NCBI GenBank assembly: GCA_017508875.1
Contig: JAFWQX010000066.1
Location: forward strand, 1,584-65,583
Direction of reading: 5' to 3'
DNA: 64,000 nt
DNA from: Clostridia bacterium
GTDB taxonomy: Bacteria > Bacillota > Clostridia > UBA1212 > UBA1255
The notes under the pieces are model-generated. The model did no database searches, was not told the DNA's origin, and saw only the letters and a list, made by a program, of their open reading frames with translations. This document shows, piece after piece, positions 44,923 to 55,705 of the stretch (positions are counted from its first letter, which is position 1; the number at the start of each line of letters is the position of its first letter). The position numbers were made by a program, and so were the translations under genes.

Positions 44923-46269
44923 ATGAATATGACGGAAGGACCGATCGCGAAGCAGATCGTTATTTTCGCCATACCGCTTTTTCTGGGGAATCTTTTCCAG
45001 CAGCTGTACAACACCGCGGACACGTTCGTTGTGGGAAATCTGCTGGGCGATGACGCTCTGGCGGCGGTCAGTTCGTCAGGCAGCCTGATCTTTCTGCTTG
45101 TGGGCTTTTTCAGCGGGATCGCTATGGGCGCCGGAGTGGCGATAGCGCGCTTTTACGGGGCGGGAGAAGTGGCGCTTATGCGCAAAGCCATACACACGTC
45201 GCTCGCCACGTTTTTTCTTGCCGGGATCGTGATGTCGGTCGCCGGGGCGTTCGGGGCAAGGTCAATGCTTCAGCTGATGAGTACGCCGTCCGAGGTCCTC
45301 GCGCAGGCAACGGAATACGTTGCCACCTACTTCGCCGGGCTTGTTACTATGATCATGTACAACGTGTGCATGGGCATTATGCAGGCCGTGGGCGACTCGC
45401 GCCACCCGCTTTATTACCTCATCATTTCATCTGTTGTCAACATCGTGCTGGACTATGCGTTCATAGGGCTGTTCGGATTCGGAGTGTGGTCCGCGGCGAT
45501 TGCCACCGTCCTGTCTCAGCTTTTAAGCGTGTGCCTTTGCTTATGGAGACTTATGCGGATCGATGCGGATTACCGCGTAAACTTTAAAGAACTCCGTATT
45601 GACCGCAAAACACTCGCCCTTATCCTCAAATACGGCCTGCCGTCCGGATTTCAGAATTCAGTGATTTCGATAGCGAACGTCGTGGTCCAGTCTCACATCA
45701 ATCATTTCGGTAAGGAGGCAATGGCAGGCTGCGGTGCGTACGCTAAGATCGAAGGGTTCGCGTTCCTGCCGGTTACGTGCTTCAGCGCCGCTATCACCAC
45801 TTTCGTAAGTCAGAACCTCGGGGCGCGCAATCCCGAGAGAGCGAAGAAGGGAGCAAGGTTCGGGATATTGACCGCGGTACTTGCTGCGGAGGTCATAGGA
45901 GGCATTATAATCCTGGCTGCCCCGTATCTGATCGACGCGTTTACGGAAAGCAAAGAAGCGCTCGCGTTCGGCGTTGACAAATCGCGCATCTGCAGCGGCT
46001 TCTTCTTCCTGTGTGCGCTCTGCCACTGTCTCGCGGCGGTGCTGCGCGGCGCGGGAAAGGCGGTGGTGCCGATGGCGGCGATGCTTGCCTGCTGGTGCCT
46101 TATCCGCGTCACGATCCTGTTTATCTTCGTCCCTGTCCTCGGCACTATCGACATAGTTAACTGGGTCTATCCGATCACCTGGTTCCTGTGCGCCGGAGTT
46201 TTAGCCATATATTATTTTACTGCCGACTGGGCGGGACAGCGAAAAAAAGAAGCCGTAACGGGTGACTGA
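44923..46269 (+). CDS. MATE-family multidrug/oligosaccharidyl-lipid efflux transporter
   Basis: 12 TM helices, N-terminal AIPLFLGNLFQQLYNTADTFVVGNL typical of MATE; start ATG 44923 (44902 alternative). Confidence 0.8.
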   Translation: MNMTEGPIAKQIVIFAIPLFLGNLFQQLYNTADTFVVGNLLGDDALAAVSSSGSLIFLLVGFFSGIAMGAGVAIARFYGAGEVALMRKAIHTSLATFFLAGIVMSVAGAFGARSMLQLMSTPSEVLAQATEYVATYFAGLVTMIMYNVCMGIMQAVGDSRHPLYYLIISSVVNIVLDYAFIGLFGFGVWSAAIATVLSQLLSVCLCLWRLMRIDADYRVNFKELRIDRKTLALILKYGLPSGFQNSVISIANVVVQSHINHFGKEAMAGCGAYAKIEGFAFLPVTCFSAAITTFVSQNLGARNPERAKKGARFGILTAVLAAEVIGGIIILAAPYLIDAFTESKEALAFGVDKSRICSGFFFLCALCHCLAAVLRGAGKAVVPMAAMLACWCLIRVTILFIFVPVLGTIDIVNWVYPITWFLCAGVLAIYYFTADWAGQRKKEAVTGD

Positions 46270-46316
46270 CGCCCGCGCAGGCTTCGCGTGTATTTCGGCA
46301 ATTACTAACTTTTTTA

Positions 46317-47252
46317 TTATTTTTCAGTCATCAGCTTTTCCGCACGCGATGCGAAAACGCGCCCCGTCCGGGCAATGAATTTCATAAGATCCGGGCAAAG
46401 TTCGTTGTCAACGACGTTCCAGATATTAAACGTTTCGAAGCTCAGAGTTTTGTCGAACCCGATAGCCGCGAGACCGGCAACGAAATTGTCCCAGTTCAGC
46501 ACACCCATATACGGTGCGAGATGCTGATCCCTGCTGCCGTCGTTGTCATGAACGTGGAAAACCTCGATGCGGTCTCCGAGCTCGGCCATAGAATTGTATA
46601 TATTCTTTCCGACGAGCAGATTATGACCGGTATCGAAGCAGAACGCGAAGCGCCTCTCTCCGGCTATGCTGTTTAACGTATCTATATACCGGCACGCCGT
46701 CGTAATATCAGAGCAGCACGCCTCATATATCTTCCCCTTATACGAATCAAACATATTTTCAAGGCAGATGATAACGTCGTACTTTTTCGCCGCGCCGATC
46801 AGCTTTGAATAGCTTTCGATATTGAGGTTCCATTCTTCTTCCGGATCAAGCTTCCCGGCCGCTGATTTGAAAAAGAACGGGTGGACGACAAGCCTTTTGC
46901 AGCCGATATACGCCGAGCACTGTATGGTCTTCTGAAGGCATCTGATCAGATACTCGTTATAATCGGGATGCTCCGGGTCAAAGGGCAGGACGGTCGGGAA
47001 CAGCGCGTGCGCCTGATAATTATCGATGCCGTATTTTTCGGCCGCGAGCTTGTAGCAGTCGCAGGAGGCAAGCATATTTTCCTCCGGTCCGTCGAAGATC
47101 GTGCTCCGGGCTTTCGCGCGGATCTCATGCCCTCTGAAAAGATGGTCGAGATTAACGTCAACGCCGTCAAAACCCGCTTCTTTTATTATCCTGTAAGTCT
47201 CGTCGCATCCCAGTCTTTCGGAGATACCGCCTGTCTGAACCGCAATTTTCAT
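46317..47252 (-). CDS. Sugar phosphate isomerase/epimerase (xylose-isomerase-like TIM barrel)
   Basis: AP-endonuclease-2/TIM-barrel pattern (MKIAVQTGG, HVHDNDG metal site); start at MKIAV with RBS GGAGGAA. Confidence 0.7.
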   Translation of the reverse strand: MKIAVQTGGISERLGCDETYRIIKEAGFDGVDVNLDHLFRGHEIRAKARSTIFDGPEENMLASCDCYKLAAEKYGIDNYQAHALFPTVLPFDPEHPDYNEYLIRCLQKTIQCSAYIGCKRLVVHPFFFKSAAGKLDPEEEWNLNIESYSKLIGAAKKYDVIICLENMFDSYKGKIYEACCSDITTACRYIDTLNSIAGERRFAFCFDTGHNLLVGKNIYNSMAELGDRIEVFHVHDNDGSRDQHLAPYMGVLNWDNFVAGLAAIGFDKTLSFETFNIWNVVDNELCPDLMKFIARTGRVFASRAEKLMTEK

Positions 47253-47497
47253 ATCAAATTCCTCCTGCCCTCTGGCAATACCGGCTGTCAATTATTTCTC
47301 CTGAGATATATACGTAAGCAGACAAAAACCGGCTGTTTTCAAGCTGGATTTTACCACCTGCCGCCTGCCGCCGTCAATAACTCCGCTATTGATTTTGCGC
47401 TCTAAATATACTACAATATGTCCGTGGGTAAAGGGCGGCATGAAATGCCTTTTAACGCCGCCTCTGTATCTGATATTTCGATTGGGAATGATTTTTT

Positions 47498-48307
47498 ATG
47501 GCTAACGAAAACGATTACAATTATAGACGGACTTCTTCAAACGGCACGCCGCAGCAGCGCGCGGGGACTCACAGCAGTGCGCTTGCGAACCAGCGTTCTT
47601 CAGACGTCAGGACCGCGGGAACGTCTTCTGCGGGAGCCCGCAGACCTTCACCGAGCGGCGCGGGAGCAGATGCTTCGAGGAACCAGAGCAGCAGTAAAGC
47701 TCAGGCCGATCAAAAAAAATATATGATCCGCCGCATCGCTTTCCTTGTGATCGCGTTGCTTATAATACTTCTTATCATTCTTGCTATCGTAGGCATCGTT
47801 AAGGCGGTTTCTAAGCCCAGGAAGAAAACGCAGGACGTCTTAATGAAAGAAGTGTTGTTCGAGGCCGGAGAATACGGCCCTGCTGCGGAACAGCTTCTCA
47901 CAGAAACGGGCAGAGACGCCGTGCTTAAAGGCGCACGCGTTGAATTCGAGACGGATATCGGGCAGATCAATTTCCACGTACTCGGAGCATATAAAGTAAA
48001 TATGTTATATACTGACCTCGATGGCAATATTTCGAGGCACTCAGTGCAGATCAAAGTCGTTGACACCGTACCTCCGACGGGTGTGGCGGTCGACAGATTT
48101 ACGGAAAAGGGGCAGGCGCTGAAAGTCGAAGATTTCATTGCCTCCGGCTCGGTCCGCGACGAAACAGACGTGGCTGTGTCGATAGAGAACGAACCTGATT
48201 ACAATAAAGTAGGAACACAGACGATCAGCATACTCCTCGTTGACCGGGGAGGAAACCAGACGAGACTGACCGCTTCGGTCACGGTAACGGAAGCGTCCGA
48301 AGATTGA
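47498..48307 (+). CDS. Membrane-anchored protein with disordered N-terminus and Ig-like (DUF5011-like) extracytoplasmic domain
   Basis: Ser/Ala/Arg-rich N-terminus, TM helix IAFLVIALLIILLIILAIVGIV, C-terminal VVDTVPPTG Ig-like block. Confidence 0.45.
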   Translation: MANENDYNYRRTSSNGTPQQRAGTHSSALANQRSSDVRTAGTSSAGARRPSPSGAGADASRNQSSSKAQADQKKYMIRRIAFLVIALLIILLIILAIVGIVKAVSKPRKKTQDVLMKEVLFEAGEYGPAAEQLLTETGRDAVLKGARVEFETDIGQINFHVLGAYKVNMLYTDLDGNISRHSVQIKVVDTVPPTGVAVDRFTEKGQALKVEDFIASGSVRDETDVAVSIENEPDYNKVGTQTISILLVDRGGNQTRLTASVTVTEASED

Positions 48308-48343
48308 GACGCAGAGTATTAACAAAAGAAAAAGGAGAAGAAA

Positions 48344-49768
48344 ATGAGCGGGGATAAAGCTAAGAGCAACGGCCTTAAAATTATGATAATAGTTATGGTG
48401 GCGATAATCGTAGCGCTTGTAGTTATTATCGCAAAAATCAGTACGGATAAGCCTTCCGATCCCGGCAGGGTGGTCATCAATACTTCCGGCGCCGACGGCA
48501 CGCCCGGAGTTATGACAGCGCTTCCGCACGGAGGCGACACTACCGGCGAACCGTACGATCCTTCTAAAACGGATTCTCCCGAAGGGCAAACCGGAGCGCC
48601 TGCCACCGGAGAGGTCGTTACACCTATTGTGACTGCGACTCCTGTTCCTACGGCCACGAAAAAGCCTTCCGGAGATCTTCCTCTTGTTGACTATACCGGA
48701 ATAGTTGAACACGTTTTCACTCACTCGCTCGTCGCTTTCCCGGAACTCGGGTATCCGAAGGACATTTCCGACGTCGATAAAGTGATGAACACGTATTTCA
48801 TCGACTGCATAACCGTGCCGGAATTCAAGGCGATACTTCAGGCGCTTTACGACGACGGATATATGCTGGTGAATATCAATTACGTTTACGAGAAGGACAG
48901 CAACGGTATACCGCGCCTTAAAAAAACGTTTAAATTCCCCGAAGGAAAGAAGCCTCTCGTATTCTCCTTTGACGATACGTGCTATTACAGTAACAAGATG
49001 GGCCGCGGAATGATCGATAAACTCATCATCATTGACGGAAAGATCGGTACGTATACAAAACATAAAGACGGAACGGTGGTACAGGGATTTGACGAAGAAC
49101 ATATTCCGATCCTTGACCGCTTTGTAGAAGAGCATCCGGACTTTTCGTTCAACGGCGCAAAAGGAATGATCTGCCTTACGGGCTATGACGGAATACTCGG
49201 CTACCGTACTCAGCGTGTTTCCGAGGGAGACGGAAGAACGGAAGCGGACAGGCAGCGCGAGATCGAAGCAGTTAAGCCCATCATTCAGCTGCTTAAAGAC
49301 ACGGGCTGGTACTTTGCGAGCCATTCATATAAACACGGCGTGATGGAAAAATATTCTACCGAGAGCATGGAAGACTGTGCATACAAATTCCAAAATGAAG
49401 TAATTCCGCTTATCGGTGAAACGAAGATATACGTATATCCTTACGGAAGCTGGAAACGTTCATCCGACGGAAAGACCTGCCCCGGTCCTCAGAGAGTGCT
49501 CAACGATCTCGGCTTCGAATATTTCTGCAGCGTGGGCGCTAACTGGTACGCTAATACCCGCGCAGATCTGGGCAACGTGATCCTTCAGGACCGCGCTAAT
49601 ATCGACGGTACGGCTTTCGTATGGTTCCAGGATCTTTTCACGACCCACGAAGAAACCGGTAAGCCGCGTTTCCCGAGCATCAACTTCCGTGAAATATATG
49701 ACGATGCCAGAAACATCTCTTATGATGACGCAGTGGCCGCATATAAAAAGTGGAAGGGAATAGAGTAA
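48344..49768 (+). CDS. Membrane-anchored polysaccharide deacetylase (CE4/NodB homology)
   Basis: N-terminal TM; LVFSFDDT (NodB motif 1, DD) and HSYKH (H-S-x-x-H motif); RBS AAAGGAG. Confidence 0.6.
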   Translation: MSGDKAKSNGLKIMIIVMVAIIVALVVIIAKISTDKPSDPGRVVINTSGADGTPGVMTALPHGGDTTGEPYDPSKTDSPEGQTGAPATGEVVTPIVTATPVPTATKKPSGDLPLVDYTGIVEHVFTHSLVAFPELGYPKDISDVDKVMNTYFIDCITVPEFKAILQALYDDGYMLVNINYVYEKDSNGIPRLKKTFKFPEGKKPLVFSFDDTCYYSNKMGRGMIDKLIIIDGKIGTYTKHKDGTVVQGFDEEHIPILDRFVEEHPDFSFNGAKGMICLTGYDGILGYRTQRVSEGDGRTEADRQREIEAVKPIIQLLKDTGWYFASHSYKHGVMEKYSTESMEDCAYKFQNEVIPLIGETKIYVYPYGSWKRSSDGKTCPGPQRVLNDLGFEYFCSVGANWYANTRADLGNVILQDRANIDGTAFVWFQDLFTTHEETGKPRFPSINFREIYDDARNISYDDAVAAYKKWKGIE

Positions 49769-49771
49769 AAT

Positions 49772-50737
49772 ATGGAGATATCATACGGCCGCGGGGTCCC
49801 TTTACGTCAATTAAATTCCGGTAAAGAGAATACTTCCGCGGCCGGAACAGCTGTTGCCCTCGGCTTTTTCGACGGAGTACACGAGGGTCACAGGGCTTTA
49901 CTCAGAGAGCTTAAAACTCTTTCCGAAAAGGAAGGACTTAAGAGCGTCGTTTATACGTTTGTAAACCATCCGGCCGAAGCTTTGGGGAAAGAAGTTAAAC
50001 TGCTTTGCTCTAACAGGCAGAAGGCCGCGTATATATCCGAAGAAGGCGCAGATCAGCTCGTATTCGACTGGTTCGATGAAGAATTCAGCAGGATGCCTCC
50101 GGAACAGTTCGTGCGCGACGTGCTCGCCGGGTATCTGAATGCGCAGATAGTGGTGGCTGGAGAGAATTATACATTCGGTTTTAAGGGAAGCGGAAACGTC
50201 AGGCTGCTTTCGGAGCTTGGAGAGCGGTACGGATTTAAGACTGTTATCATTCCGCGGATCGAGACAGTGACCGGAGGAAACAGGGTCACTGTATCAAGCT
50301 CGCTTTTGAGGGAGCTTATTGCCCGCGGGCAGCTGCGGGAGTACGCAAAACTTACCGGACACCCGTTCGTGATCGAAGGAATTGTCCGGACCGGGCGCGA
50401 AGTAGGAAGAAAAATAGGTTTTCCTACCGCGAACATTAAGCCTGACCGCAGGCTGGCGCTTCCCGAAAGGGGAGTATACGCGACTTTGACCCGGATATCG
50501 TCCGAACCGGGCGCGGCGTATAAAAGTATCACGAATATAGGCATAAATCCGACGTTCACTGACGCCGGCGGAGTAAGTATAGAAACAAACATTCTCGATT
50601 TTGAAGGCGATCTGTACGGCAGAACACTTACTGTGGAAGTGCTCGAAAAAATGAGGGACGAGTTCCATTTCCTGGATCCGGACGCTCTCAGAAAGCAGAT
50701 AGCCAGTGACGCAGAAAAACGGAGGCATATCATATGA
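49772..50737 (+). CDS. ribF: Bifunctional riboflavin kinase / FAD synthetase
   Basis: GFFDGVHEGH nucleotidyltransferase motif; C-terminal riboflavin kinase GFPTANI...TNIGINPTF. Confidence 0.9.
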   Translation: MEISYGRGVPLRQLNSGKENTSAAGTAVALGFFDGVHEGHRALLRELKTLSEKEGLKSVVYTFVNHPAEALGKEVKLLCSNRQKAAYISEEGADQLVFDWFDEEFSRMPPEQFVRDVLAGYLNAQIVVAGENYTFGFKGSGNVRLLSELGERYGFKTVIIPRIETVTGGNRVTVSSSLLRELIARGQLREYAKLTGHPFVIEGIVRTGREVGRKIGFPTANIKPDRRLALPERGVYATLTRISSEPGAAYKSITNIGINPTFTDAGGVSIETNILDFEGDLYGRTLTVEVLEKMRDEFHFLDPDALRKQIASDAEKRRHII

Positions 50738-51861
50738 TGTTAATAACTAATTCGATAAGGATGCTTGCGGAGAAAGGGTTCGTGGAATTCCCGAATCTGT
50801 TCAAAAATCACGGCCTTAAACTGAATATAAATGACGTAGCGTTTAAAATAGGCTCGTTCGAAGTGCGGTGGTACGGTCTGCTGATCAGCTTCGTCGTGCT
50901 GCTGAGCATTTTCCTTGGTATGAGATCGTGTAAGAAATACAATATCGATCCTAATGATCTTCTTGATTATCGTATATTCGCGCTTCCCGCCGCGATAATC
51001 GGACTCAGGGTATACTACGTGGCGTTTAATTTCTCCCAGTACAAAGACAATCTTCTCTCCGTCTTTTATTTCTGGGAAGGCGGGCTCGCGATCTACGGCG
51101 GCATTATAGGCGCTGTAATAGCGATATTCATAGTTTCAAAGGTCAAGAAGCAGAAGTTTTTGCATATTGTCGATTTCCTGATTGGTTACGTCGCGCTCGG
51201 GCAGGCCGTGGGCCGCTGGGGAAATTTCTTCAACCAGGAAGCTTTCGGAGGTCCTACGACGCTCCCCTGGGGAATGACAGGCGATAAGATCGCGCTTTTC
51301 GTACGCAGCCAGGGCTGGGACATAGGAACGCTCGTTCATCCTACGTTTTTATATGAATCGCTGTGGTGCTTTATTGTGTTTACGGCGATAATGCTTTACA
51401 GACGCAGCAAGTTTTACAAAAGCGACGGCGAATGCCTTGCATTGTATATGATCATGTACGGCTTCGAGCGAATGCTCGTGGAAGGATTGAGGACAGACAG
51501 CCTTTATATCGGAAAAACGGGAATACGCGTTTCGCAGCTGCTCTCGGCTATTCTGGTCATTGTCGGCATAGCGCTGTTTATCGACCTGAAAGTCCGCTAC
51601 CGCAAGGCCGTTTATGAAGGAACGATCGGCGAAGGCGCGGAAGTTGACACCGGCTTCGGGAAGGCAAGGGAACTGATGGACGGCGTAGAAAATGCAGATG
51701 CTGAAAACGGCGGCGATATTGACGCCGGGAGTGCCGTATCTATTGCCGCCGAAGGCGCAGACGTGGCTGACGCGGTTGATGAGGTCGAGGCGGCCGAGAC
51801 CGCCGATGCCGAAGCGGAAGATCCCGATGACGCAGAAAAACAGTCCGAAACCGATGCATAA
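50734..51861 (+). CDS. lgt: Prolipoprotein diacylglyceryl transferase with ~90-aa acidic Ala/Asp/Glu-rich C-terminal extension
   Basis: Lgt signature GQAVGRWGNFFNQEAFG, GGLAIYGGIIGA; overlaps ribF stop. Confidence 0.85.
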   Translation: MMLITNSIRMLAEKGFVEFPNLFKNHGLKLNINDVAFKIGSFEVRWYGLLISFVVLLSIFLGMRSCKKYNIDPNDLLDYRIFALPAAIIGLRVYYVAFNFSQYKDNLLSVFYFWEGGLAIYGGIIGAVIAIFIVSKVKKQKFLHIVDFLIGYVALGQAVGRWGNFFNQEAFGGPTTLPWGMTGDKIALFVRSQGWDIGTLVHPTFLYESLWCFIVFTAIMLYRRSKFYKSDGECLALYMIMYGFERMLVEGLRTDSLYIGKTGIRVSQLLSAILVIVGIALFIDLKVRYRKAVYEGTIGEGAEVDTGFGKARELMDGVENADAENGGDIDAGSAVSIAAEGADVADAVDEVEAAETADAEAEDPDDAEKQSETDA

Positions 51862-51875
51862 ATGACGTTTTACAG

Positions 51876-53054
51876 ATGTTTAAAAGAAAGTCGTCAAAAA
51901 TTATAACGAAGGATGAAGGCCGCCTGTTCCGCGAAGTCTCCGCAAACAGGACGGTCGATTTCCTCGTGGAATTCGATTACTTTCTCCTAATAATCGTACT
52001 CGCGATAACCGTGATCGGAATGATATTCCTCGGGAGCGCCATGAGCAACATGTACGCCGACGGGGGCAGAGCGGCAATGCGTTCTCAGATCGCGGGACTG
52101 ATCATAGGAGTCATTGCCGCCATCGTACTGGCATTTTTTGACTACAACCTTCTGAAAAAAATAACCTGGCCTTTTTACGCGGTCAACGTACTTCTGATGC
52201 TCAGCGTATTTACGCCTCTCGGCATAGAAGATTACGGCAGCCGCGCCTGGATCGGTTTCGGCTCATTTACGTACCAGCCGTCGGAACTTATGAAACTCGC
52301 GATGGTGCTCGTAATAGCGGTGGAACTCGAAAAAGCCCTGGAAAACGGCTTCGGCCTCAGGCAGGTAATAATCATATCTGTCGCATTTATGATACCGCTC
52401 GGCCTGATAGTGCTCCAGAAAGACATAGGGCAGGCGATGGTACTCACGTTTTCCTTCCTGATGGTCCTGTTCGTCGGGAAAGCTAAATTCTGGTATGTGC
52501 TCGGGGTGATCGCGCTCGGAGCCGCAACGGTACCGTTTTTGTGGAAATTTTATTTTAACGATACGCGGCGGGCAAGGCTCTTCGCTTTCCTTGATCCCGC
52601 GAAATATCCCGACTATTCGCTTCAGCTCGTACGCTCCGAGACGGCGATAGGCTCCGGAGGTCTTACCGGCCAGGGGCTCGGCAGGGGGGCAATGAACGGC
52701 GGTAAGAAGATCCTGGTTAAGATGTCCGACTCGATCTTCGCAGTGATAGGCGAGGAAGGCGGGTTCATCGTCGCGGCGCTTCTGATATTGCTTTTCGGGA
52801 TCCTGCTTATGCGTATGTGCTATATTTCATCGCGCGCAAAAGATATTTACGGAAAATGCGTTGCCGTAGGGATTCTGGCGATGTTTCTGTTCAATATTTT
52901 CGAAAATATCGGAATGAATCTCGGCATCATGCCGATAACAGGCCTCCCGCTTCCGTTCGTAAGCAAAGGCGGAAGTGCGATGATCACGAATTACATCTGT
53001 ATCGGCGTGCTTCTTAGTGTTTCACTGAGGCGGAAGAGGGACCTCTTTGAGTAA
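51876..53054 (+). CDS. FtsW/RodA/SpoVE-family peptidoglycan glycosyltransferase
   Basis: 10-TM SEDS topology, conserved RSETAIGSGGLTGQGLG and PLPFVSKGGSAMI blocks. Confidence 0.85.
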   Translation: MFKRKSSKIITKDEGRLFREVSANRTVDFLVEFDYFLLIIVLAITVIGMIFLGSAMSNMYADGGRAAMRSQIAGLIIGVIAAIVLAFFDYNLLKKITWPFYAVNVLLMLSVFTPLGIEDYGSRAWIGFGSFTYQPSELMKLAMVLVIAVELEKALENGFGLRQVIIISVAFMIPLGLIVLQKDIGQAMVLTFSFLMVLFVGKAKFWYVLGVIALGAATVPFLWKFYFNDTRRARLFAFLDPAKYPDYSLQLVRSETAIGSGGLTGQGLGRGAMNGGKKILVKMSDSIFAVIGEEGGFIVAALLILLFGILLMRMCYISSRAKDIYGKCVAVGILAMFLFNIFENIGMNLGIMPITGLPLPFVSKGGSAMITNYICIGVLLSVSLRRKRDLFE

Positions 53055-53871
53055 ACTGATCAAAGAAGTTAACAGCATTTTCGTACAAGATCATTGACCG
53101 CTCCGACTCCGTAAGCTCGAGGGCGTTAAAACGCGCAAACTCATCGACGTGGTTCCACATCGGCGAATCGGTGCCGAAAAACACGTGCGAAACACCGTGA
53201 GCGCGGATGATATTGACCGCTTTCTCCGGCGGCACGAACATCAGCGAGCTCGACGTATCGATATAGACGCGCGGATGACCGTAATTGACCTTCGCCGTAT
53301 CCCAGTCCCTGTAGCCCCCGAGATGCGCGGCGATGGCGATCAGCTTCGGAAAACGTTCGAGCACTCTGTTCAGCCTGCGCGGATCCGAAAAATCGTACCT
53401 GTCATCACCCGTATGGAAAAGGATCGGGAGCCTTCCCTCGGCAGCTTCATAGATAGGAAACGCAGATTCGTCGTCAATATTGAATTTCTGAAAATCCGGA
53501 TGCAGCTTTATGCCTTTGAGTCCCAGCGAGATCATGCGGTCAATCTCCGCCGCGGGATCTTCGAAATCCGGATGCAGCGAACCGAACCCGATGAACTCCG
53601 GGTGCTTCTGTACCTCGGCGGCAACAAAATCGTCTATCGACTTTACCTGATGCGCTGTTGTCGCGGTAGAGCAGACGAGGTACTTGGTAACTCCGATCTT
53701 CGCGCCGTCCTCGAGCAGATACTCCGAAGTCCCTTTGTTCTCCATAGGGATACCGTAAAATTGCCCGATCGCATCGACCGCTTTCTCCTCGATCTTAGAC
53801 GGGAAGATATGAGTGTGCATATTGATCAAAGGCTTGACTGTTTTTTTATCATCAAAAGAAGGTTTTGGCAT
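53014..53871 (-). CDS. Amidohydrolase-2 family metal-dependent hydrolase (TIM barrel)
   Basis: NMHTHIFP N-terminal His pair, HLGG, conserved Asp near C-terminus; RBS AGGAGA. Confidence 0.65.
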   Translation of the reverse strand: MPKPSFDDKKTVKPLINMHTHIFPSKIEEKAVDAIGQFYGIPMENKGTSEYLLEDGAKIGVTKYLVCSTATTAHQVKSIDDFVAAEVQKHPEFIGFGSLHPDFEDPAAEIDRMISLGLKGIKLHPDFQKFNIDDESAFPIYEAAEGRLPILFHTGDDRYDFSDPRRLNRVLERFPKLIAIAAHLGGYRDWDTAKVNYGHPRVYIDTSSSLMFVPPEKAVNIIRAHGVSHVFFGTDSPMWNHVDEFARFNALELTESERSMILYENAVNFFDQFTQRGPSSASVKH

Positions 53872-53905
53872 AAAATAATCTCCTGAAAAATCCTGTTCGT
53901 AGAAA

Positions 53906-54745
53906 TCAAACGTCTATCACCATTCCGTCAAACGCAGGGGTCACGCCGAGCGGCTCCAGTTCTTTTACGAGCTGCGCGTGAGAGGAATGGAGCGTTCTCG
54001 CCATGTGTGAAGTATAAAATCTGACGTCAGGCGAAAAATAATGGTATTTGCGGAACGTTTCAAGCATCAGCTTAAGCATTTCGAGAGTATTGTGCTCAAA
54101 AATGCGCCAGTCGTTCGGAGCGGTAACGCCGCAGGTCAGCTCCATCACCATTGCATTGACCGGCTTCTCTTTTATAACGTTCCAGGACTGCGTCGGGATC
54201 CACGCGCTGTCACAGCCGTAATACAGCATTCTTACGTCAGCCGCCGGCAGCACGCCGTCCGGAAGGGAAGGATCGGGCGGATCTACGCCTTCGATGAGGT
54301 ACAGACGCGTATCTTCGTCCCAGTAATCGCCCTGATGGTTGCTGCGGAGCGACCAGATATTGTAATCACCTATCCTGTACGGCTCGCGGGAAACGGGGAT
54401 CGCGGTAAAATCTATTTTTGAAGCGAGCTCATCTCCGAGAGTAGCCTTAAGCTTTTTCATACACGCGGGATCGCCCCAGAGTTTAACGCTCCTGCCGCAG
54501 CAGAGGAGCTTCACCGTATCGGGCCAGAAATGGTCGTTATGCGTGTGGGTGACAATGATATTTTTTACGTTGTCGAAAAGCTCAGGCTTTCCGGCCGAGA
54601 CGGCAAAGTGAAATATATGCGGCCCGGGGTCAATGAGCAGGTCGTCGTTTACAAGTGCGGATGAAAACCGCCTGAATTCCAAAGCAGGATCATACGCGTT
54701 AATATCCCAGTCTGCCGCGCCCGTTCCCAAAAACGTCAATTTCAT
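53906..54745 (-). CDS. MBL-fold metallo-hydrolase
   Basis: THTHNDH (HxHxDH) zinc-binding motif. Confidence 0.7.
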   Translation of the reverse strand: MKLTFLGTGAADWDINAYDPALEFRRFSSALVNDDLLIDPGPHIFHFAVSAGKPELFDNVKNIIVTHTHNDHFWPDTVKLLCCGRSVKLWGDPACMKKLKATLGDELASKIDFTAIPVSREPYRIGDYNIWSLRSNHQGDYWDEDTRLYLIEGVDPPDPSLPDGVLPAADVRMLYYGCDSAWIPTQSWNVIKEKPVNAMVMELTCGVTAPNDWRIFEHNTLEMLKLMLETFRKYHYFSPDVRFYTSHMARTLHSSHAQLVKELEPLGVTPAFDGMVIDV

Positions 54746-55585
54746 AATATCACCTGTCCCGTTATTTCAAACACTAACAATCGATCCGAGCGGCTTCTTA
54801 AAAAGAAACCTGCACAAATATATCACTGCCGCGCCATTTTATCAATCAAAAAAATATTTTAACTTTTCAGTTTCACTTCACTTCCTGCCAATTGACACAA
54901 AGCCCGCGGAAATAAATAAAAATCGTGAATTGTTAGAGTGAATTCCGGTTTCTTCAGAGAAGCAAGGAATTCTTAAACTAAATTCAAATTTGGGTTCGCG
55001 AACTGGAAATTTGCATTTAAAAACCAAAGCAGCAAACAAGAAAAATACGTGCACTTATCTAAACCGGCTTAATTCGGTTCTCAGGCTAATTTCCGGTTAA
55101 ACAGTGTTCTCGTCTAGTTGTTTTTTGATTTTACTAAACGTTGTTCTGTTTGCGGTGGAGAGTGTTAATATTCTCGGCGCGCAACCGCCCTCAATGCACA
55201 ACGACAAACAAGATCTGTTTCGTCATTGCTCATTGAGGGCGGCGTAAAATAGATAGTGTGTTTCTTTTCATAAAGAGATAATTGCAGTTAGTAAGTCATT
55301 TAAAACATCTTCTCCGTATACAGGGATAATGTTTCCGTTGGAGTAAATCCACTCAAAGGAGAAACGCGGAGATTGTTAATATAATTCATCACAGTTTCAT
55401 ATCTTTATGAGTGCATCTGTCAACTGATGCCTTTTGGAAAGTACTTTCTAAGCTGTTTATTCATGTTTTCAACAGATGCTTTTTTGATTTGACTTATATG
55501 CATCGCAGAAAAAAAGATTTTTGATGTTTTTTGGCGTTTTTTTTGCGTTTGGCTTTGCGTTTGGCTTTTCGATAATAAAAAAGTG

Positions 55586-55614
55586 TTGACATTCACATAT
55601 TTTTACGTTACAAT
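55586..55614 (+). promoter_or_regulatory. Promoter TTGACA -17- TACAAT
   Basis: TTGACA 55586-91, TACAAT 55609-14, ~90 nt upstream of ATG 55706. Confidence 0.5.
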
Positions 55615-55705
55615 AATAGCGAAAAATAATTTTAGTATCAATTAAGATATAAAAATTATTTTTATCGGTTTTTTTCTGTTGGATTTTATGAAAGGAGATG
55701 ATTGT

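Noticed and set aside
47418-47726. Alternative 102-aa plus-strand ORF overlapping the start of the 47498 gene
   Set aside because: It is in a different frame with Arg/Ala-rich low-complexity translation, while the 47498 frame continues into a TM helix and Ig-like domain. It is likely spurious.
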